Assembly (NCBI GenBank): GCA_051294375.1
Contig: JBJCIZ010000332.1
Location: 1-10,445, forward strand
Direction: 5' to 3'
DNA: 10,445 bases
DNA from: Paraspadella gotoi
Lineage: Eukaryota; Animalia; Chaetognatha
The stretch's first letter is position 1. Every line of letters begins with the position of its first letter. Shown in pieces: positions 1 to 8,795 of this stretch. Both the position numbers and the translations under genes were made by a program. The notes beneath the pieces are model-generated. The model was not told the DNA's origin. It ran no database searches and saw nothing but the letters and a program-made list of their open reading frames with translations.

Positions 1-12
1 CTCCGCGAACAC

Positions 13-303
13 GTTCCGTTTTCGCATCCGTTCCGATCCGTGCCGATCCGTTACCGTTTTTCGTTCCGTTTCGTTCCGTTTTCGTTCCGTTTCGTTCCGT
101 TTCGTTTCTCCGTTCGTTCCGTTTCTTCCGTTCCGTTCCGTTTTCGTTCCGTTTCGTTCCGTTCCGTTCCGTTTCGTTCCGCTCTTCGTTCCGTTTCGTT
201 CCGTTTCTTCCGTTTCGTTCCGTTTCTTCCGTTTCGTTCCGTTTCTTCCGTTTCGTTTCGCGTTCCGTTTCGTTTTGTTTCCTTCTATTCCGTTCCATTC
301 CTA
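13..303. repeat. (TTCCG/TTTCG)n pentanucleotide microsatellite, possibly the end of a MITE-like element
   Basis: Dense run of GTTCC/GTTTC pentamers ending abruptly in TATTCCGTTCCATTCCTA. The ORF 40..375 is a translation of this repeat. Confidence 0.9.
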
Positions 304-541
304 TTAAAAAATAACCGGTTTGGTAAAGCCATGTTGAAAAGCTGTTTTAATCTCAGGCCCGGCATCTGCGCATGAATCACGATCCTTTTTTTTTATCGTA
401 TCGAAGTCCTCATTAGATAACCCTCCTATAGCCAGTTTAAATACGCCCGGATTGCGCTTAAAATCGGCTTTACCGTGCCGATAAACGCGACTTCATTCAT
501 ATTTGCATTGAAATTTAATGATAAATAGACTTAATTAGTCC

Positions 542-975
542 CGCGCTCTACCTGAAACAGGATTAGTAATTAACAATACAGTTTCTTCGATGAGTTTAGA
601 ACCAAAAAAAAATGAAGGCTTGGACTATGCAGTTTTCACCTAAAACAACCACCCCGTTTCACTTTGATTGCCTTTATCAAGCATTAAAGATTGCAAAGAA
701 TTTAAACTTTTTTTTTTTTTATTGTGTAGAGAGACAAAAGGCTATCCGAAACCCGTACTGATATGGTAGATTTGTTCTATTTTCCAAAAAGATCAAGCAG
801 GCTTTTTGGGAAAAGGGAAAAAACGCCTGACAGTTCAAATTTAAAATACCATTTTTGGGAGCATGATCTAAATGGAAATTTCATCGCGCTCTACCTCCGT
901 TGCCTTCCCAAGACGCCAAGCTTTCAGAATCTGCCCATTATTGTTTATAAATTTTTTGGGCCGTGACTATGCAGT
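542..975 (+). repeat. Degenerate direct repeat, ~343 bp spacing
   Basis: CGCGCTCTACCT at 542-553 and 885-896; GACTATGCAGT at 623-633 and 965-975 (offsets 343 and 342). Confidence 0.55.
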
Positions 976-2095
976 CTTTTGAAAGAAGTGAATATATAAA
1001 GGAATCTTATCGGAACTTCGATTCGAACGATGCGCAGCCCTACTCTAATGTTCAATAAAAATTTAAACAATTTTTTTTTCTTTCGGTTAAAACTAGATTT
1101 TTAAAAATAAAATATTTATTTAAAATGCTAAGCCTAAATTTCTACAAAACAAATTTTTACTTAAAACTGGATTCTCTTTACAGTAAGCTCAATTTCTACT
1201 TCTTATAATTTTAATTCTTTCCTTTGGTACAAGTACATACTTGGAGTTGTAACACTAATAATGTCTAAACCAAACTACTCTACACCATATTTTAAGATGG
1301 GGTTTTATGCTTTTATGAGTTGTTACTGAGTTAAAAAACTTATCGAATTTAGTTTCAATTTGACTTTTTACTTAATGTAAATGTTTATATCATAAAATAG
1401 TTGCCCTATTTCTAGGGAATCCCTGAAAAAGAAAAATCTAAATCTGAATTAAAAAAATTAAAAAAACAGTAAGCCCATTTTTTTAAAAAAGACAATTCCG
1501 CGGGGGCGTTGAACCAATAACTCCGTCCATCACATCCCGCTGCTTGTGTATGTTGTGGTGAATCTTGCAAAAGTAATGAGTACAGGCAATTTAACTTTCT
1601 TCGACGAGTTGAAGTTAAAAAACAAAGAGTTGCAGCTCAAACCACAGGATTCTTCTTGAAGAAAAAAATTATCTGGGCAAGGCAAAGGAAAGGTGGGGAG
1701 ATTCTGATGAGCGCGTTGGCAAAAATGTTTTTTTCGTTTTCAAAAGATATCAAGGGAATTTATACCCAAAAATTGCACTAAAATAAATCAAATTTTCTAT
1801 GCAAGGAAGGCAAATCCCGTTGAAAGCTAACTTTTCATAGAATGGAGTTCTGTGACCTAAAGTAATCCATGCCAAAATTTAATGAGAAAAACCGCCTTAC
1901 CGTCTTTGGGCTGCAACTCTTCAAGATAGCGTTTCTTTTATTTTATATAGTAAAAAAAAAATCGGAAAAAATGGATAAACGCCTTTGAAATAATAGTAAA
2001 GTTAATACATTTTCGCGAACTCGCCAGAAAGCCTCTCCTCGAAATCCGAGCTCCGGTTTTAGCCCTAATATAATTGAATTGATGATCCCGGCACC

Positions 2096-2292
2096 TTAAA
2101 ACCAATTTCACTCGCACGGATCCCTCGAAACTTTCATATCCATCTCAATCACACAGTTTCCTACCCCACACACAAAATTTCATACCAATCCATCCATCCA
2201 ATCACGAGTAATTGGTGTTTTTTTGCTAAGGTGGGACGGACAGACGGACGGAACCGGACGGACGGACATCATTTTTTTGCATAATTAATCAA
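2096..2292 (-). mobile_element. Truncated copy of the DINE/HINE-like core (GTCC microsatellite plus one internal repeat unit)
   Basis: Reverse complement reads TTATGCAAAAAAATGATGTCCGTCCGTCC...CCCACCTTAGCAAAAAA...GGATTGGTATGAAATTTTGTGTGTGGGGTAGGAAACTGTGTGATTGA, colinear with ~3113-3310 and ~10238-10400. Confidence 0.85.
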
Positions 2293-2442
2293 AATATTAT
2301 TATATATCAAATTTTATATTGATTGCGTTTTGCATTTGACATGCGCACTGCAGCAGAGAAAAGTTGCCCTTCAAAATTGTGTTTTCATTTTAAAATCCAT
2401 TTTTTCTTCAATCTGTTTTTTCTAACTTTAACTATTTTTTAC

Positions 2443-2865
2443 AAAACTTTATATAAAAATGACAATATTATATATCTTCTGGAAAGCTTTTAAAAATATC
2501 CAAAATAGTTTGCATAATTAAAATTAGCCTATCAAGCTTTAAGATAATATCTAAATAAAAATTTTTAAAGAGCAGTTTTTAAATAATTATTAAATTATGT
2601 TAGCTATTTTATATTTACGTTTTTTTAAGCTTTTTTATGATACTTATATAAACAATATTGTAAGATCATTAAGTAAAAATAGGTCAGATTATTTAAAAAA
2701 AATATTTAAGGATTTATTTATTCAATTTGGAATTATCTTTAAATAAACTAAAGCTGGTTAGCTCCGTATTTTCATATTATAATATCTTAAATATATCATT
2801 TTCTTCAAATTTTCAAAAGCTTTCACGAAGATTTATAATATTGGAACCTTTTATTTAAAAGTTCT
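2443..2865. mobile_element. Fold-back / MITE-like segment with imperfect long inverted repeats
   Basis: 2443-2496 (AAAACTTTATATAAAAATGACAATATTATATATCTTCTGGAAAGCTTTTAAAAA) matches the reverse complement of 2810-2865. An inner match TTTAAAGATAAT / ATTATCTTTAAA lies at ~2538 / ~2732. The segment is largely absent from the homologous right arm. Confidence 0.6.
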
Positions 2866-2917
2866 TATTTGGACGAGAAAAAAATGATTATTGATTTAAA
2901 AATGGTTATTGTTTTAA

Positions 2918-2969
2918 TTTAAATCAGACATGTTGACTCTAGGACTAAGAGTCTTCATCAGCATTTAAA
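2918..2969 (-). ncRNA. Degenerate minimal type I hammerhead ribozyme (GAAA core reduced to AA)
   Basis: Minus strand: TTTAAATG-CTGATGA-A-GACTCT-tagtcct-AGAGTC-AA-CATGTC-TGATTTAAA. Stems I and II are intact but two nucleotides of the conserved GAAA are missing. Confidence 0.75.
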
Positions 2970-3223
2970 ATCACAAACGTATTCAGTTTTTAGTCGGTCT
3001 GCTTATCAGCAGCATCCCGACTCTATAATTCACTTTGTCGGTCCGTCGCCGTCCGCCCCCTCAATATTGTCGGGCACACACTTATATCATGTCAGAACAT
3101 CGAATATGATAAATTATGCAAAAAAAACGATGTTCACGTCCGTCCGTCCGTCGCTCTGTCCGGTCCTCCGTCCCACCTTAGCAAAAAACTTCCAATACTC
3201 GGATTTGATGAATGGATTGGTAT

Positions 3224-4730
3224 GGAAATTTTTGTGTGTTGGGTAGGAAAACTGTGTGATTGAATGGATATGAAGTTTCGGGGAATCGTAGCGAGTGGAA
3301 ATTGGTTTAAATGGAAAAAATAAAAAAATATTTCACTATCTGAACGCCAATTGGCTCGATGCAGTAGATAGGGCAATGACTTGAAATTTTGTTAATATAT
3401 ATAGTGTGTGATTGCCAGCTGGATATAAAGTTTCGATGGGCAATCGTGCCGTACGTGGAAATAAGTTTAAAATGGAAAAAACCAAAAGTCATATTACTTG
3501 GAAGTATTATTTACTAAATTTACTCATAATTATTATGTTTATTAAAAAGTTGGATAGATAAATCGAAATTGAATTTGAGTGTGGGTAGGGAAGTATGTGA
3601 TAAAGCTGGATATAAATTTTTAGATGAATCGTAGGAGTGGAAAAGAGTTTCAAATTAGAAAACCAAAAAACACAAATTTATTTGAATTTATGTTAAAGTT
3701 CTCTTCTCCTATCTCTCTCTGATTATATTGATTGATTGATTGATGATGCATGATGACTTACAAATTATGCAAATTGACAACCAAAAATATTGCAGGCCTT
3801 GACCCACCCACCTATTGCCAGTTGACAAAATTCTGCAAAGTATCAAGTCTGCAACGTTGACCAACAATTATGCCTGTTGCACCAAATTATGCCAGTTTGA
3901 CCAAATAGGCCAGTGATAAATTAGGCCAGTTGACCAAATTATGCCGGTGACCAAATTAATTTAATTTGATCAAATTACGTCAGTTACAAAATTATGCCAA
4001 GTTGGATTAAATTATGCAAGTGCACCAAGTTAGCTTATTCCACCTAATTATCGAATGACCTGCGAATTTTGTATGTGAGTAGAAAAGTGTGTGATTGAAC
4101 AGGAAACAAGTTTCGATGGAATCTTTTGAGTTGGAAATGAGTTTAAATGGAAAAAAACAAAAAACCTGTTTTACTAAATTAATTTCTTTTTTTATATTTT
4201 TATGTTAAAGTAAATGCAGGATGTATTAATAAATCAAATAATTCAATCAGTTAATTAATCAATTAGTCAATTTAATTAATCAATAATTAATTAATCAGTC
4301 AACCAATCCGTCCATCCGTCCCACCTTAGCAAAAGCTCAATAACTCGTTGATTGCGCTGGTTGGAATTGAATGGAATTTGTGTGTGGCGGTAGGGAAAGT
4401 GTAAAATGATTAAAGCTGGATATATAAGTTATCGACGAATCGTGGTGAGTGGAAATGAGTTTAAGTGGACAAAACATAAGGTCGCATTTACTAAAACTAT
4501 TTTTACTTATAACCAATAAGTACTTCTAATTAATCAAATTGGAGTGGATAGATGAGTTCAAATTTTGCCGTTGGTGGGGTAGGGAAAGTTGTGTGATTGA
4601 AGCTTGATATTAAAGTTTCGTTTACGAGTGGAAATGAGTTTAAATAAAAAAATATGGTCACATTACTATGAATCTTTTTATTATTTTAAACCCCATAATA
4701 GATGAGAATGAAATTTTGTGAGCGGGCTAG
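3224..4730 (+). repeat. Internal ~160-190 bp repeat unit, about six copies plus fragments
   Basis: Consensus GAAATTTTGTGTGTGGGTAGGAAA.TGTGTGATTGA..TGGATATAAGTTTCGATGGAATCGT..GAGTGGAAATGAGTTTAAATGGAAAAAAC at ~3224, 3383, 3571, 4064, 4374 and 4560. Truncated at ~4710, with another fragment at ~5380-5455. Confidence 0.85.
3760..4050. repeat. ~18 bp minisatellite (TTGACCAAATTATGCCAG)n, degenerate
   Basis: Recurrent CAAATTATGCCAGTTGAC variants throughout the interval. Confidence 0.85.
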
Positions 4731-4735
4731 AGAGC

Positions 4736-4766
<31 letters not shown>

Positions 4767-5060
4767 AGAAAGAGACAGGAGACGAGAGCAGAAAAATGAG
4801 ATAAGCGATCGTCGCAATTGCAAAAGCAGAGAGGAGAGAGAGAGAAGAGAGAGAGAGAGGAGATGAGAGGAGTAGAGAGAGAGAGAGAGGACGAGGAAAG
4901 AGAGCCAGCCAAAAATGAGCATTAGGAATCGTCGCAATTGCAAAGAGAGCAGAGAGAGAGAGAGACTGAGAGACGAAGAGAAGAGAGAGAGAGGAGAGCA
5001 GAAAAAATGAGCATAAGGATTCGTTTCAATTGCAAAGAGAGAAAGAGAGAAAGAGTCCGA
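4728..5060. repeat. (GA)n tracts alternating with a ~45 bp conserved block, three copies
   Basis: AGCAGAAAAATGAG(C)ATAAG.GATCGTCGCAATTGCAAA at ~4787, ~4906 and ~4997 between GA runs; a diverged fourth block lies at ~5547-5630. Confidence 0.85.
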
Positions 5061-5472
5061 GATTAAAATTAGCAAATAAAAAAAGTTGTTATTTTACTCA
5101 CTGAATAAAAATATTAAAATACTTACAACCAATACATTAACAAATTGATAAAAAATATTATTCCGATAACATTGTTTAATTCACATGGCCAATATATCTA
5201 GTAAGGCGGGCCAAAAATTGAACATATTTTATAACTTCTAGTTTCTCTCTTAAAAATTTTGTTTTCCTTTTACTACTTAAATCGATTTTTCAATGTAACT
5301 TGTTGAATTAGTTCATTTGGTTGTGCACTGAGCTTTTAAATATTTATTAATATCATAATAATTATTATTAAAGTTTTGACGGAATTGTGGCCAGTAGAAA
5401 TTAGTTTAGATGGCGAAAAAAACATAAGTCACATTTACTTGAATCTTTAATATTAATGATTACTAATAAATG

Positions 5473-5507
5473 TTTAATTAATTAATTAATTTAATTAATT
5501 AATTAAT
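5473..5507. repeat. (TAAT)n microsatellite
   Basis: TTTAATTAATTAATTAATTTAATTAATTAATTAAT; similar tracts at ~4250-4295 and ~5790-5822. Confidence 0.8.
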
Positions 5508-5875
5508 AGTGAAAAAATGGATGCAAGTTAAAAAGAATCTTACAAAGCCATTAAAGATGCGTTCGCATATTGCCATAAAAAGAGGAACGGATGGAGCAGA
5601 GAGAGAGTGAGAGAGCTGAGAAGAGAGATGAGAAGGCAAAGGCCAAAAATAAAATAGAGGATATTTGTTTGTTTTGATTAAAATGTAAAACAAAGAAACA
5701 TATTAATAAACTGTCCTAACCCAATTTTTAAGGAACATCGATGATGATAAGTTGAATATAAATTTCTAAAATTTAATTATTACATATTAAAATTAAATAA
5801 TTAATTAATTAATCGTATTAATAATATCGGTAGGCAGATCCGACATTGTTTAGCTCAAACTGTTTAAATATTGCA

Positions 5876-6180
5876 GTTTGTGAATTTTAAATGCTGATGA
5901 AGACTCGAAAGTTATTGAGTCGAAACATGTCCGATTTAAATAAAAACAAAATTATTGTTGTTAACTAATGAATTTTCGTTTTCTCTCTAAATAATTATAA
6001 AAAACAATAAAAGAAAGGATTAATTCAATGTAAATTTAAAAAAAAAATATTCATAAAGTTAGTCAAAAAATTTTCAAAAACTATTTCTTTTAAAATGAAA
6101 GACAATTTTTAAAGCAACTTTTACCTGGTCATTGCCAAGTCAAATCATAACCAATCAATATGAAATTTGGATATATAAAT
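5876..6180 (+). repeat. Right inverted arm carrying a hammerhead motif; homologous to 2300-2978
   Basis: Matches the reverse complement of the left arm at 5876-5950 and ~6045-6180, and lacks the fold-back segment. Confidence 0.8.
5886..5940 (+). ncRNA. Minimal type I hammerhead ribozyme (Penelope-like-element type), intact core
   Basis: Stem I TTTAAATG (5886-5893) / C(G)ATTTAAA (5932-5940); core CTGATGA (5894-5900) plus an extra A; stem II GACTC/GAGTC (5902-5906 / 5917-5921); GAAA (5922-5925); palindromic ACATGT in place of a full stem III; GUC triplet at 5929-5931, predicted cut after 5931. Confidence 0.85.
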
Positions 6181-6388
6181 GATTTAGGTTTTTACTATAG
6201 AAAAAATCTTTCAGATTAAAAATATATTCAAAAGTTTGCAAATGACAATTTTTTATTTAGCGGCGGGCTGTCGTATGTCACCTTGTAACCCAGGCTTTTT
6301 GTTTATTTCTGAGCTTCAACCCAAACTCTAGGTTGTAGTTTATTCAAATAACAATGTTACCGGCAATTCATGCATCAGTCACAATTGT

Positions 6389-7327
6389 GGTTCTAGTTGG
6401 TTGGCGACTTTACTATGGCAATATCGGCAAAGCCCTGGTGGTGTTGCCAATACCCTCACTGGTGACTTCGCCAGTAATAAAAGTAATGAATATAATGATA
6501 GGCGCAAGTTAAAGAAAAAGCTTGCGGCTGAAGTTGAGACATGGGGATAGATACATCACCTGCAGGCTCTTCCCTCAAAACTAAACCCTAACCCAAGTCT
6601 CCCATACATCTCCATGCCTTTCCCCAACCCTAACCCAGGCCTAGGTCTCCCATACATTTTCATGCATCAACCATAACCACCTTCGACGCGCCCACTGTGG
6701 GCTTTCCTTACCCTAACCCTTACCCGGGCCTCCATTTTTCTCCCCTAATCCTAACCCAGGCCTCCAGTACATCTCTGTGCCTCAACCCAACCCTAACTGC
6801 CTTCGATGCATCAACCATGGTCTTTTCCCCTAACCCGAGCCTCCCAATCAACTCCATGCTTTTCTCCCAACTCTAACCCTAACCCGGGCCTGGGCTTCCC
6901 ATATATCTCTGTTCCTCAACCCTAACTTTAACCGCCTTTGATGCATCAACAGTAAGTCTCTCCCCATACCCTAACCCAGGCCTACCATTCAACTCCAAGC
7001 CTCTCTCCTAACCCTAACCTAAACCCCGGACCTTGCCTCCCTTATATATCCGTACCTCAACTTTAATCCCTAATATCTATTGCCAGTACCTTATTTAACC
7101 CTAATGCCGGCTTGTTTATCTTAACCTTAAAATTGACATTAACCCTAACCATAACCTTAAACTACTCAACCTTAACCCTAACCCTAAACTACTTAACCCT
7201 AACCCTAATTATTACAAACTCAACCTTAACCCTAAACCAAACCAACTCAACCTTAACCCTAAACCTAACCAACCTAATCTAACCCTAAACTACCTCAACC
7301 CTAACCCTAACCATAATCTGAGTTTTA
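6389..7327 (+). mobile_element. Telomere-repeat-bearing element, copy 1 (more decayed, right TIR missing)
   Basis: Begins GGTTCTAGTTGGTTGGCGAC, continues into a CCCTAA-punctuated composite repeat and a degenerate CCCTAA tail, and ends TAATCTGAGTTTTA. Colinear with the reverse complement of 8824-9670. Confidence 0.8.
7140..7312. repeat. Degenerate interstitial (CCCTAA)n telomere-like tract
   Basis: AACCCTAACCCTAA variants interleaved with ACTACTC/ACCAACTC motifs. Confidence 0.85.
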
Positions 7328-7419
7328 AGAAGAATCTCTATAACGAGAATGCTAAATATAATTCACAGTTAAATTACCAAAGAGTGAGGATGTCACCAAA
7401 AAATAAAAAAAATATTTAG

Positions 7420-7596
7420 CTTATTATTTTAATATTTTTAAAAATAATATTAATTATATAATATATTTTTTAATATTAAAATTTTAATATATTATAATAT
7501 AAAATAAATATTAAATATAATCAAAATATAAATTATATAATTTAAAGAATATATTATGAATATTTAATTTCTTAAATTATAATTATAAGTATAGTA
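7420..7596. repeat. Extremely AT-rich low-complexity tract
   Basis: Almost exclusively A/T for ~175 bp. Confidence 0.8.
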
Positions 7597-7598
7597 AT

Positions 7599-7770
7599 GG
7601 AGCCGAAATTGGAGCCGGAGCCAAGTTGAAATTTTTGCTGGAGCCGGAGCCGGAGCCGAAAAAAAATTTTGCTTGGAGCCGGAGCCGGAGCTGGAGCTGA
7701 AAAAAAATTTGGCCTGGAGCTGGAGCCGGAGCTGGAGCCGAGACAAAATTAGATCGGCTCCACATCCCTG
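7599..7770 (+). mobile_element. (GGAGCC/GGAGCT)n-containing MITE-like fragment with terminal hairpin
   Basis: Hexamer runs separated by AAAAAAATTT spacers; GGAGCCG (7734-7740) pairs with CGGCTCC (7755-7761); ends ACATCCCTG. No matching left end found. Confidence 0.65.
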
Positions 7771-8675
7771 GTCTCAAATATGAGAGATTTTAGCGTCCAC
7801 TCTCATCAAACAGCTGAAGAAATGTATTAAGTTGAATTTCAAGTCTCAACTACATCTCTGAGCTTAAAACAGCACCAGCAATCTGCTGGAGAGGAGTAGC
7901 CATTATGTTGAAGGACTAGGAACCACAAAGTGTTCTTACAAAATTTTATTAACAATTAGTAGCTCCAAATAAAAAAAATATTGTTTTCAAAAATATTGGT
8001 GTAGCTACATCCTGGAGGATTTTTTCTGTACAGAATATTTAAACTAGTAAAAAATATTCATAATACTTATTCATAATATTAATTATAGCATTAATAAATG
8101 AAGTAGCATATGATAAGAAAGTTGGGTAGATTTTATCTTGATTGACGCACTACTTCAGAAGGTAGCCTCTTTAAAAAGATCCCCAAAATCTTTTTTCCAC
8201 ACGCTATTAATCTGAAAAAAATAAAAGTTATTTATTCAAAAAAACATTTATTAGTTGCCTAAACACACTAGGTTCAATTTTTTATGAGTACAATGTGAGT
8301 AAGAATCTCCACAGACTTCCTGGAGGCTTTCTCCATATGTTGGAGGATGTGGACGAAACTTTGGAGTTAAAAAAAAATTGTAACAAAAGGAATTTACATT
8401 TATTCATAAATGCAATTTCCTTTTAAAAGCTAAAGCCCTAAAAGCATTAACAATTTTGATCAAGTTGCGCTCACATCTTTGTGGATTATCCTTGTACAGA
8501 CTGCTTAAAGAGTGAAAAATATATATAAAATAATTTGAAATTATTATAGGATGACCTCATTTTGTAAAATTTATTATAATGATCACACTAAACTCACTTT
8601 ACCAAAATATATTCGTCGGTTCCAATGTTTGTAAAAAGATATTTTTTAAGGTTATCCTTTTTGAAACAAAAAATA

Positions 8676-8795
8676 TTCAGCCCTAAGTTGTAGTTCATTC
8701 AAATAGCAATGTCGCCGGCGCATTCACGCCAAAGTCGCAGTGTGGTTCTTGTTGGTTGGCGAACTTCGCCATGGCGATATCGCCAGGGCTTTGGC
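8676..8795 (+). mobile_element. Truncated 5' fragment of the telomere-repeat element plus shared upstream flank
   Basis: GTTGTAGTTCATTCAAATAGCAATGTCGCCGGC...TGTGGTTCTTGTTGGTTGGCGAAC... is a direct-orientation match to ~6315-6440. Confidence 0.8.

Larger units (their letters stand above)
2300..2978 (-). repeat. Left inverted arm carrying a hammerhead motif; homologous to 5876-6180
   Basis: Reverse complement matches the right arm at both ends: GTTTGTGA(A)TTTTAAATGCTGATGAAGACTC... and TTTTAAAATGAAA.ACAATTTT.AA.GCAACTTTT...GTCAAAT...CAATCAATAT.AAATTTG.ATATATAA. Confidence 0.8.
2987..5865 (+). mobile_element. DINE-1/Helentron-associated (HINE)-like non-autonomous element with internal tandem repeats
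   Basis: T-run start; 5' hairpin AGTCGG-t-CTGCT-tatc-AGCAG-catc-CCGACT (2992-3022); GTCC microsatellites; central tandem units; putative 3' subterminal IR GCAGATCCGAC (5834-5844, vs GTCGGTCTGC 2993-3002) followed by a small GTTT-agctc-AAAC stem-loop and T-run. This order matches DINE-1/HINE architecture. The 3' boundary is less certain. Confidence 0.6.

Noticed and set aside
40-375. 111 aa ORF
   Set aside because: Translation of the TTCCG/TTTCG microsatellite.
1695-1735. CTGATGA motif as a third hammerhead
   Set aside because: Only a 2 bp stem II, AAAA instead of GAAA, and no convincing stem I.
3134-3492. Short minus-strand ORFs in the HINE unit (also 10238-10426)
   Set aside because: Homologous repeat copies differ by frame-breaking indels.
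4686-5075. Ser/Leu-rich ORFs on the minus strand
   Set aside because: Translation of (CT)n tracts.
7564-7777. APAPAP / LRLQ ORFs
   Set aside because: Translation of the GGAGCC hexamer repeat.
7780-8510. Possible exon fragments in less AT-rich patches
   Set aside because: Only short open frames with no recognisable protein motif; BLASTX would be needed to say more.
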